A stretch of 64,000 bases of DNA from Acidimicrobiia bacterium (GTDB lineage Bacteria > Actinomycetota > Acidimicrobiia > Spongiisociales > ZC4RG35). Position numbers and translations under genes: made by a program. The stretch spans positions 352,001 through 416,000 of the forward strand of contig CBDBCY010000004.1 in assembly GCA_965203555.1 (NCBI GenBank), read 5' to 3'. Numbering within the stretch: position 1 is the stretch's first letter; every line of letters begins with the position of its first letter. A model generated the notes under the pieces. That model was not told the origin of the DNA. It ran no database searches and saw nothing but the letters and a program-made list of their open reading frames with translations. Shown here one piece after another: positions 1 to 12,421 of this stretch.

Positions 1-963
1 GTGTTCGGCCGACAATTGCGGCTGGTCTCCCTGGATGATTCCTATGAACCCGAAGCCGCCATCACCAACTCCCAGCAACTGATCAACGAGGAACGGGTAT
101 TCGCACTGATAGGGGCGGTCGGTACCCCAACCTCCCGATCCGCCACCCCGGTGGCCAAAGAGGCGGGAGTGCCGTACATAGCTCCCTTCACCGGCGCCGG
201 TTTCCTTCGCGATGCCCAGGAACTGGACAATGTGGTAAACCTGCGCGCCTCCTATAACCAGGAGACAGAAGAAATGGTGAACCGCCTGACAGAGGATCTG
301 GGCATCACCGACATAGCCGTGCTGTTCCAGGACGACTCGTTCGGCAGGGCCGGGTACAGCGGGGTGCTGGCCGCTCTGGAGCGCCGGGGCATGGAACCGG
401 CCGCAGTGGGTTCCTACACCCGCAACACAACCGCCGTCAAGACCGCCATGCTCGACATCCAGATGAACGAACCGGAGGCGGTAATCATCATAGGCGCATA
501 CAAGCCGGCAGCCGCCATGATCGCCTGGTCGCGGTTTACCAACTTCAATCCCATATTCATCAATATCTCCTTTGTAGGCAGCAACGCTCTCAAGGAGGAG
601 TTGAGAGCCTATGGGATAGGGGTTTACGTGACGCAGGTGGTTCCCTTCCCAACCGACGACAGTATCCCCGTTGTTGCCGATTACATGGCCGCACTGGAGA
701 CCTACGTTCCCGTGGCGACGCCCGGGTTCGTCTCTCTGGAGGGATACCTGGCCGGACGTCTGGCAGCGGCCGTCCTGGAACAGTGCGGTCCGGAAGTCAG
801 GCGTGAGTGCTTCACAGAGGGCCTTCGCCAACAGGGTGACTTCGACTTCGGGGGATTCGAATTGAGTTACGGGGAGAACGACAACCAGGGCTCTGACAGG
901 GTCTACTGGACGGTTCTACGGGCCGATGGCCGATATCACCCGATAGAGAGGCTGGGCCAGTAG
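1..963 (+). CDS. ABC-type substrate-binding protein, LivJ/Peripla_BP_6 family (5'-truncated by window edge)
   Basis: DDSYEP, GAVGTPTS, NLRASY and SLEGYLAG motifs typical of type I periplasmic binding proteins; 4 bp upstream of the kinase. Confidence 0.85.
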   Translation: MFGRQLRLVSLDDSYEPEAAITNSQQLINEERVFALIGAVGTPTSRSATPVAKEAGVPYIAPFTGAGFLRDAQELDNVVNLRASYNQETEEMVNRLTEDLGITDIAVLFQDDSFGRAGYSGVLAALERRGMEPAAVGSYTRNTTAVKTAMLDIQMNEPEAVIIIGAYKPAAAMIAWSRFTNFNPIFINISFVGSNALKEELRAYGIGVYVTQVVPFPTDDSIPVVADYMAALETYVPVATPGFVSLEGYLAGRLAAAVLEQCGPEVRRECFTEGLRQQGDFDFGGFELSYGENDNQGSDRVYWTVLRADGRYHPIERLGQ

Positions 964-967
964 CGGT

Positions 968-3160
968 ATGACAGCTTTCCCGGGCACCGTGAAATCACTC
1001 CTCAGACGCCTGTTGGAGAGCCGTTTTCGGATCTCCACCCAGCTTTATTCCGGGATCTGGGGCGCAGTGGCCCTAACCGTGGCGGCCGGCCTGGTCGGAT
1101 GGTTCTCCTTCAACCGGGTGGGGGAGGCGCAGAGTGTGGTCAACGAGGACACCGTGCCGGAGCTGGTGACAGCTTTCGAGATCGCCCAATACAGCAGCAC
1201 CCTGGTAAACGCCGCTCCTTCCCTGACAACCGCAGCCACTGCGCAGGAACTGGAGGAGATCGCCGGCGGCATCGATGAAACAACCTCCGCCTTCCTGCAG
1301 CAACTGACCCTTATGCAGGCAAACCAGTCGGAGGCCGACCTACGGCAGTTCGCGGAACTGCGATTCTACGTGAACTCGCTTGTCGCCAACATCGACGCTA
1401 TCTATCGTTCGGAGGAGGAACTGCTGAGTCTGGCCGTGGTCAGCGGGGACCTCAGGGAGGAGTTGGACGTTCTGGTCAACCAGCTTGACATGATCGTGAT
1501 CCCGGCGCTCGACGATCAATTCTTCTTCGGTATGACCGGCTACCGCAGACTCTGGCAGCTGCCCATTCCCAGGGACCAGTACTTGACTGAACAACAGCTG
1601 GTCATCTACCGCCACATAAGCGAGATCAAAGCCAATACCAACATCGCCACCCAACTTCTCGCCACCGCCTTCAGCGTCTCCGATGACTCACAGATAGAAC
1701 CCCTGCGGGAGAGTTTCGAAGCCGCCCAGGGACAGATAGCGACCAGCCTGACCGTGCTGGAAGGAGCCGACTTTCATGGAGAACTGTCCGGGCTCTTTTC
1801 CCAACTCTTCGACAAAGGGCTGGGGAGGGAAGGCGCCTTCAATCTGGCCACCCAACAGTTAAGACTGCTCGACACCCAGAACGCCCTGCTGACGGACAAC
1901 CGTCTGATCGCAGTGGGGGTCCTGGGCGAGGTCAACGATCTGGTCGCCGCCGCCCGGAGCAGAGCAGACGAGGCCACCCACGCTTCGGCCCAGGCGATTC
2001 TCACCGGTCGGACGCTCCTTCTGGCCATCAGTATCTTGAGCGTCACGGGGGCCATACTCATGGCTTGGCTGTTTGTGGGTCGGGTATTGTTGCGCCGCCT
2101 CAATCAGTTGTCCGATTGGATGCTGGGAATGGCTGACGGAGACTTGGAGACCCGCATCCAGATAAGGGGCCGGGACGAGGTGGCCGATATGGCGGCAGCC
2201 CTGGAGGTGTTCCGTATCAACGCATTGGAGGTGCAACGGCTCAACCTGGTGGAGAAGCTCGCCAACGAACTGGAAGAGAAGAACGCCGACTTGGAGAGAG
2301 TGCTCGATGACCTGCAAAAAGCCCAGGAGCAGATCGTCATCCAGGAAAAGCTGGCCGCCCTCGGTGAGTTGACCGCCGGGGTGGCCCACGAGATACGCAA
2401 TCCCCTCAATTTCGTGAAGAACTTCGCCGAGGCGTCGGAGGAGTTGTTGGAGGAGATGCAGGAGATTTTCGATGACATCGGGGAGGATGTCGAGGAAGAT
2501 GACATGGACTACATCCAAGAGATCAAAGGTGACCTGACCGCCAACCTGGAACGCATCCGTTCACACGGCAACCGCGCCAACAGCATCGTGGAGGACATGC
2601 TGATGATGGGCCGGGACTCGGGAGAGAAGCGAGTGGCGAACCTGAACAACATCGTGCACGAGCATATGAAGCTGGCTTATCACAGCGCCCGCGCCCTTGA
2701 TCCGAACTTCAACCTCACCATCAACGAGGAGTATGACCACAACGTGGGCGAATTGGAAGTCGTGCCCCAGGACCTGGGCCGGGTGTTCCTCAACCTGGTG
2801 AGCAACGCCTGCTACGCCACCGACGAGCGCCGCAAGAAGATCGAAGCCGCAGGCCAAAGCGGATTCATGCCGGAACTGCGAGTCACCACCCATCGGGAAG
2901 AAGACCGGGTGGTGGTCAAGGTCTGGGACAACGGCGGAGGCATCCCCGACGATGTGGTGGAAAAGATATTCAACCCGTTCTTCACCACCAAGCCCACTGA
3001 CAAGGGCACCGGACTGGGACTGGCCCTGTCAAGCGATATCGCCCGCCAGCACGGCGGCTTCATCCGGGTGGAGACCGACCCGGGGGATTCCACCACGATG
3101 GTCGTCGAGATACCACTCGACGACACCACCATCATCGAAGTGGCGGGTATCGATCACTGA
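968..3160 (+). CDS. Sensor histidine kinase with TorS-like extracytoplasmic domain, HAMP, HisKA and HATPase
   Basis: Two TM helices, HAMP (GRDEVADMAAALEVFR), H-box AHEIRNPLNF, N-box NLVSNA, DNGGG, FFTTK, GTGLGL. Confidence 0.92.
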   Translation: MTAFPGTVKSLLRRLLESRFRISTQLYSGIWGAVALTVAAGLVGWFSFNRVGEAQSVVNEDTVPELVTAFEIAQYSSTLVNAAPSLTTAATAQELEEIAGGIDETTSAFLQQLTLMQANQSEADLRQFAELRFYVNSLVANIDAIYRSEEELLSLAVVSGDLREELDVLVNQLDMIVIPALDDQFFFGMTGYRRLWQLPIPRDQYLTEQQLVIYRHISEIKANTNIATQLLATAFSVSDDSQIEPLRESFEAAQGQIATSLTVLEGADFHGELSGLFSQLFDKGLGREGAFNLATQQLRLLDTQNALLTDNRLIAVGVLGEVNDLVAAARSRADEATHASAQAILTGRTLLLAISILSVTGAILMAWLFVGRVLLRRLNQLSDWMLGMADGDLETRIQIRGRDEVADMAAALEVFRINALEVQRLNLVEKLANELEEKNADLERVLDDLQKAQEQIVIQEKLAALGELTAGVAHEIRNPLNFVKNFAEASEELLEEMQEIFDDIGEDVEEDDMDYIQEIKGDLTANLERIRSHGNRANSIVEDMLMMGRDSGEKRVANLNNIVHEHMKLAYHSARALDPNFNLTINEEYDHNVGELEVVPQDLGRVFLNLVSNACYATDERRKKIEAAGQSGFMPELRVTTHREEDRVVVKVWDNGGGIPDDVVEKIFNPFFTTKPTDKGTGLGLALSSDIARQHGGFIRVETDPGDSTTMVVEIPLDDTTIIEVAGIDH

Positions 3161-3397
3161 CGGCGGTCCTGAGGTGACGCGGGAATCCAAAGAGTGGCAA
3201 GGTTTGCCACGACTCCGGCCCACTTTTGTCATCGCCCGAGTATTAAGGTTCCTTGCGTGGGACCGTTTCCATAGCGGTGGTTGTCGCTATGGAGTACGCA
3301 CCTGACATCATGGTTCGGGATCAAGCAGGACAGACGACACGGCCGACACAACCTCAGGCTCAAAGGATGGTACGGACCATATGACCGCGGGAGAAAG

Positions 3398-4714
3398 ATG
3401 AGTGAGAGACGCACTCCGATGACGGGGCAGGGCTTGACCAGGGTTGAGGCTTTGCGCTATAAGTCCCTAAGGTACGTCTCCCAACCGTTGGGGCCTTTCC
3501 AGGTTCTGGTGGGTCCCAACGCCAGCGGGAAGTCGAACCTCCTGGACGTACCGGCGTTTCTCGGTGATGTGCTCCGCTCCGACCTGGCCACCGCCGTTCT
3601 GGGTGATGAACGTCTCGGGGTTCCTTTCCGGACCACCGACGCCCGAAAGCTCACATGGATGGGTGAGGGAGACTCCTTCGAATTGGCCGTGGAAATGGCA
3701 ATCCCACCGGACCGACAGCAGCCCCTGCCCAGGCTGTCCGGATCTCATAACGGCTACTCGCATTGTCGTTATGAGGTGGCGGTGGAGGTTGCTGGAACTC
3801 CCCGGTTTCTGGCGGAAACACTGTGGCTCATTCCTGCCAGGCCGATCCCTTCCGTTCAGCGATCTCTGTTTCCCATGCCTCTTGAGCCAATGCCGAACAT
3901 AGTCAGAACGCCAGGTAAGAAGGCTCCGCCGGGTTGGAAAAAAGTCGTTTCCCGCAGTGACTATCCCGAACGGGTCATGTTCAGCGACGAGAAGACCAAG
4001 TGGCGAAACCACTTCCGCATCTCGGCCCGAGAGTCTGCGCTGGCAAGCCTCCCCGCTGATGAAGACCGCTTCCCGGTTGCCCTCTGGATGAGAAGGACGC
4101 TGGGTAGCGTCCAGAGGATCGTTTTGTCGAGCGAAGCCATGCGGAGACCATCGTCACCGGTGCGACGGCAGGGTTACCTTCCTGACGGCTCCAATCTTCC
4201 CCACGTTGTCGTCGGCATCGAACGCGGACATCCGGAACAGTTTCGACGTTGGATCGAGCATGTCAAAGAGGCACTGCCGGACATCGTCGCACTAACAACC
4301 AGCGAGCGTCAGGACGATCGGCACCGCTATCTGGTGGTCAAATACAAAAACGGCCTGGCGGCGCCCTCCTGGCTGGTTTCAGACGGAACACTTCGATTGC
4401 TGGCCCTGACCTTGCTGGCCTACCTGCCTAAAGTCACCGGCACCTATCTCATAGAGGAGCCAGAGAATGGTGTCCATCCCCATGCCCTCCAGAACATATT
4501 CCAGTCGCTGGCGTCCGTCTACGGCGCCCAAGTCCTGCTTACCACCCATTCGCCGTTGCTGACGCGTTTGACCAGGCTGGATCAACTTCTCTGCTTAGCT
4601 CGCTCCGAAGAGGCGGGCACTGACATCGTTTTGGGACATGAGCATCCTGTCCTGCGGGAGTTGGGAGGGGAGATAGATCTGGGCACTCTGCTGGCCAGCG
4701 GCCTGCTCGGATGA
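3398..4714 (+). CDS. ABC/AAA_21-type ATPase resembling MADS defence protein MAD3
   Basis: Walker A GPNASGKS, signature SDGTLR, Walker B IEEPEN, H-loop TTHSP; start at ATG 3398 after GGAGA (ATG 3419 is an alternative); ATGA overlap with next gene. Confidence 0.75.
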   Translation: MSERRTPMTGQGLTRVEALRYKSLRYVSQPLGPFQVLVGPNASGKSNLLDVPAFLGDVLRSDLATAVLGDERLGVPFRTTDARKLTWMGEGDSFELAVEMAIPPDRQQPLPRLSGSHNGYSHCRYEVAVEVAGTPRFLAETLWLIPARPIPSVQRSLFPMPLEPMPNIVRTPGKKAPPGWKKVVSRSDYPERVMFSDEKTKWRNHFRISARESALASLPADEDRFPVALWMRRTLGSVQRIVLSSEAMRRPSSPVRRQGYLPDGSNLPHVVVGIERGHPEQFRRWIEHVKEALPDIVALTTSERQDDRHRYLVVKYKNGLAAPSWLVSDGTLRLLALTLLAYLPKVTGTYLIEEPENGVHPHALQNIFQSLASVYGAQVLLTTHSPLLTRLTRLDQLLCLARSEEAGTDIVLGHEHPVLRELGGEIDLGTLLASGLLG

Positions 4715-5307
4715 GTGGCGTCGATCTCTTCTGTCTGGTTGCCGACAGGAACATGGAAGCGGCTATTTCCGGGCTATTGGAGCGGCATCCAAGCCTCGGC
4801 ATTCGACAGATCAGGTACCGGGTTGCGATCCATCCACGGCAAGAACGCAGATCACGCCCTAGTGATACTCGACCATGCCTGGGATGGAGTACCAGCCGAG
4901 TTGGCAGAGGTACTGGAGTGGCTTTGGAAGAACGGCTGCACTCGTCAGGTATGCGGGATTGGGCAAGGGCCGTGGTGATAGAGCCGGAACTCGAAGCATG
5001 GGTTTTCAGCCGGTCTCCTCACGTTGCGAGGATCCTGGGATGGGAGGGATCTGCCTCAGACCTGCGCGAGGCTCTTCAAAGCAACGGATTCTGGGCGGCG
5101 GGTCACAACAAACCGAGCGATCCCAAGTCCGCTACGGAGTGGGCTCTTCATCGGGCCCGAATTCCACGGCCTTCGTCCATCTATCGCAACCTGGCGAAGA
5201 GCGTCAGCACCACCTCTTGCACCGACCGGTCCTTTGTTCGATTTCGCAGCCTTCTCAGAGGCTGGTTCCCCTCCGCAGAATCAGGGCTGGGCGACCCGGG
5301 ACTCTGA
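4711..5307 (+). pseudogene. MAD4-like partner of the ATPase, with two compensating frameshifts
   Basis: LVADRNME..LGIR, VIEPELEAW, KPSDPK, SSIY, CTDRSF..WF are in frame; the conserved-looking HALVILDHAWDG segment is in the +1 frame at about 4842-4918. Confidence 0.6.
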
Positions 5308-5554
5308 CATGACTTAGGCCTGCTGAAAGACGGCGCGGGTGGCTCTCTCCTGTTTGTCAGGGGGTGGCAGTGTCTGCGCAAAGCTCGCCTCACCAGGCGG
5401 CGCAGATTGGCCCGGACATCTTCTCCCAGCGTCCATCCGATGCGAGGTTGTCGCGGACCGGTCTCGACCAATTCCCGGGTCCAGCCTTGGTTCATGCCAT
5501 CCGTGCCGGTAGGTATTCTCCTGTAAACCCCAAGGAAAGGGATGCGACAAATAC

Positions 5555-6535
5555 ATGTCAGAAAGCACGGACGAGCCGGTAACAGACATCGCTTCGGTGG
5601 TGGTGGACGGGTGCGCACCGCTTCTGTCCAAACCGGGTGCCTGGGAAGGGTGGCTGGCGGGTGGGGTGGACCTGGCCATTCCCACGGTGGCCACCCATGA
5701 ACGCCCCGAGGAAGCCATACCGCGGGTGAGGAAATGGAGACGTTGGACAGAGGGCAACAACCGACTCTTCCATGCCGCCCTTCCCGAAGACCTGGACCGC
5801 CTGGGAGACGGGCGGCTCGGGATCGCCTTTCACTTCCAGAACACCACACCCCTGGGGGAGGATCCGGGCCTGTTGGAGGTCTACAGGGACCTCGGACTGC
5901 GGATGGTCCAACTCACCTACAACCATCGCAACGCGGTGGGATACGGGTGCATGGATCCCCACGACCGGGGTCTCACCGCCTTCGGGCGGGATCTGGTGGC
6001 AGAGATGAACCGTCTGGGAATGGTGGTCGATCTTTCTCACACGGGACGCCGAACCACCCTGGGGGCCATCGAGGCGTCGGCGCATCCCACGGTGTTTTCC
6101 CACTCCAATGCCCGCCGGCTGTTCGATCATCCCCGCAACATCACCGATACCCAGATCCGGGCGGTGGCCGAACGGGGAGGACTGGTGGGGGTGAACGCGG
6201 TCTCTTCGTTCCTTCGCACCGACGGGGTGGGCGCCAACCTTTCGGACCTGTTGGCCCACATCGACTATCTGGTGGAGATGATCGGCCCCGGACAGGTCTG
6301 CCTGGGGTTGGACTTCTGGAGCGACGGCGACATCGATTACGGGGAGTGGACCAGAACCGGCCTCTGGACCGCTGACGACCTCTCCGCCCACGTCACCTGG
6401 CCGGAAGGCATCTGCGGACCTGGGCACTTTCCCCGACTGGTCGAGGGGTTGGCTGCCCGCGGATACTCATCAGACGACATCGCGGCGATCATGGGGGACA
6501 ACTGGATACGGCTGTTCCGACAGGTGTGGAACTGA
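5555..6535 (+). CDS. Membrane dipeptidase (peptidase M19 family)
   Basis: QLTYN, GLTAFGRDLVAEMNRLGMVVDLSH, FSHSN, HPRNITD, GLDF motifs. Confidence 0.9.
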   Translation: MSESTDEPVTDIASVVVDGCAPLLSKPGAWEGWLAGGVDLAIPTVATHERPEEAIPRVRKWRRWTEGNNRLFHAALPEDLDRLGDGRLGIAFHFQNTTPLGEDPGLLEVYRDLGLRMVQLTYNHRNAVGYGCMDPHDRGLTAFGRDLVAEMNRLGMVVDLSHTGRRTTLGAIEASAHPTVFSHSNARRLFDHPRNITDTQIRAVAERGGLVGVNAVSSFLRTDGVGANLSDLLAHIDYLVEMIGPGQVCLGLDFWSDGDIDYGEWTRTGLWTADDLSAHVTWPEGICGPGHFPRLVEGLAARGYSSDDIAAIMGDNWIRLFRQVWN

Positions 6536-6554
6536 GTACCGCCACTGGTGCTCC

Positions 6555-7550
6555 CTACAACGACCGGCGGGCGGTCTCCACTCTTTCGATGAGAAACCCG
6601 CCCAGGGTCTCCAACACGGCGGTGGTTTCCGTGCCCGGCAGTTCCGCCAGCGCCCGGGAGGCCACCTCTGCGTGTTCCAGGGCTATGTCCAGCGCCTGAT
6701 CGACATAGTCTCCCTCCACCACGGTGGAGATCACCTCCTCCACCGCCTTCTCATCGTACGGGGGAGGATGGGCCAGCAATTCCACCACGCGGCCGCCGTT
6801 GCTCCCCCGGGCAGCCAGCAGCACCGGCAGGGTAAAGGTGCCCTCCCGGATGTCAGCGCCGGCCGGTTTCCCCAACAGATCGGTGGTGGCCACCAGATCC
6901 AAGGCGTCGTCGGCGATCTGGAAGACTCTCCCCAGCTGGAAAGCCCAAACAGTGAGAATGTCAACCACGGCGGACGGTGTGTCGCCCGCCCGGGCGCCCA
7001 CGTGGACAGAGGTGCGGATCAAGCTGGCGGTCTTCAGGTCGATCACCCGCTGGTAGGTGGAGATTTTGTGGTCAAGCCTGCCTATCAATCGGAACTCGAG
7101 TGTCTGACCCTGGGTGAGTTCGGTGTAGGTCTTGGCCAGCATCCGCACCGACTCCATGTCCAGATAGGTGGAGGCCAGTTCCGAAGCACGGGAAATCAGA
7201 AAATCCCCGGCCAATACCGCCAAGGTGTTGTTCCAGTTTGCGTTCACCGACGGACCGCCCCGGCGGGTGTCCGACTCGTCGATCACGTCGTCGTGATACA
7301 GGCTCCCCACGTGGATCAACTCCACCGCCGCCGCCGCCTCCACCGCCCGCCGGTCGCGGGCGGATCCCAGCCGGGCCGAGAGCAGAGCCAAGAGCGGACG
7401 CAGACGCTTTCCACCCGCCTTGAGAAGATGCTGAGAGATCTCCGTCATAAAGGAATCCTGGGAGGTGCTGACCTCCATCAGCCGGGATTCCACCTCTTCC
7501 AGGCGGCGCCAGACCCCTGGGATGTCGATGAGATGCCGGAAATCGTCCAT
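6555..7550 (-). CDS. Polyprenyl diphosphate synthase (heptaprenyl/GGPP family)
   Basis: GGKRLRP, first Asp-rich motif HDDVIDESDTRRG, KTASL, second motif FQIADDALD, GKPAGADIREG. Confidence 0.93.
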   Translation of the reverse strand: MDDFRHLIDIPGVWRRLEEVESRLMEVSTSQDSFMTEISQHLLKAGGKRLRPLLALLSARLGSARDRRAVEAAAAVELIHVGSLYHDDVIDESDTRRGGPSVNANWNNTLAVLAGDFLISRASELASTYLDMESVRMLAKTYTELTQGQTLEFRLIGRLDHKISTYQRVIDLKTASLIRTSVHVGARAGDTPSAVVDILTVWAFQLGRVFQIADDALDLVATTDLLGKPAGADIREGTFTLPVLLAARGSNGGRVVELLAHPPPYDEKAVEEVISTVVEGDYVDQALDIALEHAEVASRALAELPGTETTAVLETLGGFLIERVETARRSL

Positions 7551-7681
7551 GAGTAAAGGAAAACGTGGTATAGGAAACGGATTGGCTTATACTTCGCTCA
7601 GGAACACAGGAGCGGTTCCCGTGGTTGTTATAGACTAGGAACCCCGGAGGCACCGGGACGTAACGCAGTTAGGAGATCCCT

Positions 7682-10180
<2,499 letters not shown>

Positions 10181-10195
10181 TCCCTGCCGGTTCGC

Positions 10196-11146
10196 CTAGT
10201 AATCCAGGGTGAGCGTTCGGTGATGCTCTCCCATCCGGCCTGCATCGGGCCCCAGCACCGACTCGAACCACAGGAAGTAGTCAAGGCGCGGCCCGGTGAC
10301 CCGGGCGCCTGCCCGGTTGAGTTCTTCCACCAGCACATGTCCGGCATGGATCGTCGCCCAGCGGATGGCGACTTCCTGATCGGAATGGCGAGAAATCTCA
10401 ACACGGTTGTCAACCATCCGGGACAGTGGCGGCGAGTAGCGTAGCACCCCCAGATGACGCAGGATCCTGGGAAGCATGTAATCGGGATACACCGGGAAGG
10501 AACCCAACCCCGACCAGCGACGCCGGGAACGGGAAGCCATCATGGCCGCCGCCAAGTGGGCGAGCTTGCGGAAGCGAAGGCGGTAGTCGCCCAACACCGC
10601 CTCATCTTCATAACCGGGGATGGTGGAGGCCAGCAATCCGACCACCCGGGGTCCGTCCCACCCCGCCTCTTCCACAAGATTCAGCGCGGCGCCGTCCCAC
10701 CGGTCCGACAGGGAGGAGGCCACCGACGCCAGACGAGCGCCCCGTTGCGGGATCATCTGCAATACGCCTTCCCCGGCAAACAGGTGACGAGCCTCGGCGT
10801 GGGTCAGGTCCGCAAAGCGGCCGAGATCGGGCGTTTGGGAGGGTCCCATCCAAGCAGTGACCGCCCCCAACAGCGCCGGAGCGTCGGTCAGAGTCCTCCC
10901 TCGGTGGACTATGGACCACATGCCGGCGCCGGGGGGAGGCCACAGACAGGCCAGGACCGACACCGCCAGCGCGCAATAATCGAACCAGTGCCCGTCCTGC
11001 AGGTGGGTGGGCGGTCCGGGATAATCGAAGTGGGGAGGTGGGAACGGCCGGTCCCGCCACCGCGCAGCCATCGACGAGATGGCGTCATTCGCCACTTCCA
11101 CCCCCCATTCGACCGGCGGCGGATGCAGACGAAAATCGGTGGACAT
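10196..11146 (-). CDS. Queuosine nucleotide N-glycosylase, Q-salvage family (DUF2419/Qng1)
   Basis: FRKLAHL, PDYMLPRILRHLGVLRYS, EVAIR, LDYFLW and C-terminal HHRTLTLDY match the Q_salvage pattern. Confidence 0.85.
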   Translation of the reverse strand: MSTDFRLHPPPVEWGVEVANDAISSMAARWRDRPFPPPHFDYPGPPTHLQDGHWFDYCALAVSVLACLWPPPGAGMWSIVHRGRTLTDAPALLGAVTAWMGPSQTPDLGRFADLTHAEARHLFAGEGVLQMIPQRGARLASVASSLSDRWDGAALNLVEEAGWDGPRVVGLLASTIPGYEDEAVLGDYRLRFRKLAHLAAAMMASRSRRRWSGLGSFPVYPDYMLPRILRHLGVLRYSPPLSRMVDNRVEISRHSDQEVAIRWATIHAGHVLVEELNRAGARVTGPRLDYFLWFESVLGPDAGRMGEHHRTLTLDY

Positions 11147-11229
11147 GCTCAGAACCGGTACACTATCAGGTTCGGTAAGCTGAATAGCGCAGGGGAGGGC
11201 GAAATCGCAACGCTAACAAGGAGACCTTT

Positions 11230-12252
11230 ATGAAGAAGAGATTAATCGGTCTGTCCGTTTTTGCGGCGCTGTCGCTTCTGGTGGCCGGCTGCGGAGGCGG
11301 AGACGACACTTCCGTGTACCTGGTGTTCGACATAGGAGGGCGGGGCGACCAGTCCTTCAATGACGCCGCCGCCCAGGGCTTGGAGAGGGCAACCGAAGAG
11401 TTGGGGATCACCGCCAATGAACTCGAACCCACCGCCGGGGGAGAGAACCGGGACGAATTGCTCAACCTGTCCGCCGATGACGGCGCACAGTTGGTGTTCG
11501 GAGTAGGTTTTTTGTTTGCCGAGGCCATCGCCGCGGCGGCCGACGCCTATCCCGACACCAATTTCGGTTTGATCGACGGTTTCGTGCCTGATCTGACTGC
11601 CGACAGCAACCTGGTTGCGCTCGGGTTCGCGGAGCACGAGGGATCCTTCCTGGTGGGGGCCGCTGCTGCTCTGAAGACCCAGACCGGAAAGGTGGGCTTC
11701 ATCGGTGGCGTGGAGATCGACCTGATCAAGAAGTTCGAAGCCGGATTCGTCACCGGCGCCCGCCACATCAACCCCGGTATCGAGATCGACATCAAGTACA
11801 TAAGCCAGCCGCCTGACTTCAGCGGGTTCACCGATCCCGCCAAGGGCAAGGAGATCGGCGCCGCTATGTACCAGGCCGGCGCCGATGTCGTTTACCACGC
11901 GGCGGGCGGTTCCGGAGGCGGCCTGTTTCAGGCGGCCAAGGAACACAGTGTCAGCAGCGGCGCTCATATGTGGGCGATCGGCGTGGATTCCGATCAGTAC
12001 CTGACCGCCGGGGCCGAATTCCAGCCACACATCCTCACCTCGATGCTCAAGAGAGTGGATGTGGCGGTCTACGAAACCATCGCAACGCTGGTCGACGACA
12101 GCTTCACAGGCGGTTACCGGACTTTCAACCTTGCCATCGACGGGGTTGGATATGCAACCAGCGGGGGCCATGTGGACGATATCGCCGATCAACTCGAGGA
12201 TCTGAAGGCCCAGATCGTCTCGGGCGCCATCACCGTTCCCGAGTCGCCGTAA
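11230..12252 (+). CDS. BMP-family nucleoside ABC transporter substrate-binding lipoprotein
   Basis: Lipobox LVAGC, GGRGDQSFN, FAEHEGSFLVG, AIGVDSDQ, SMLKRVD. Confidence 0.93.
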   Translation: MKKRLIGLSVFAALSLLVAGCGGGDDTSVYLVFDIGGRGDQSFNDAAAQGLERATEELGITANELEPTAGGENRDELLNLSADDGAQLVFGVGFLFAEAIAAAADAYPDTNFGLIDGFVPDLTADSNLVALGFAEHEGSFLVGAAAALKTQTGKVGFIGGVEIDLIKKFEAGFVTGARHINPGIEIDIKYISQPPDFSGFTDPAKGKEIGAAMYQAGADVVYHAAGGSGGGLFQAAKEHSVSSGAHMWAIGVDSDQYLTAGAEFQPHILTSMLKRVDVAVYETIATLVDDSFTGGYRTFNLAIDGVGYATSGGHVDDIADQLEDLKAQIVSGAITVPESP

Positions 12253-12280
12253 CCCCGACCAGCGACTACAGATAACCTGG

Positions 12281-12320
12281 ACAGGTGGGATGCCTTTCGG
12301 GCGTCCCACCTGTTTTCTTT
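12281..12320 (+). terminator. Intrinsic terminator/attenuator hairpin after the BMP gene
   Basis: ACAGGTGGGATGCC-TTTCG-GGCGTCCCACCTGT stem followed by TTTCTTT. Confidence 0.8.
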
Positions 12321-12421
12321 CTCCCATCCGGCCTGAAGAGCATTGACCGGCCGGGCAAAACGTCTTCATGAATCGCCTGTTAAGGGCGTCTTTCGAGAGA
12401 TCGGGTGGTAATGTCCCTCTG

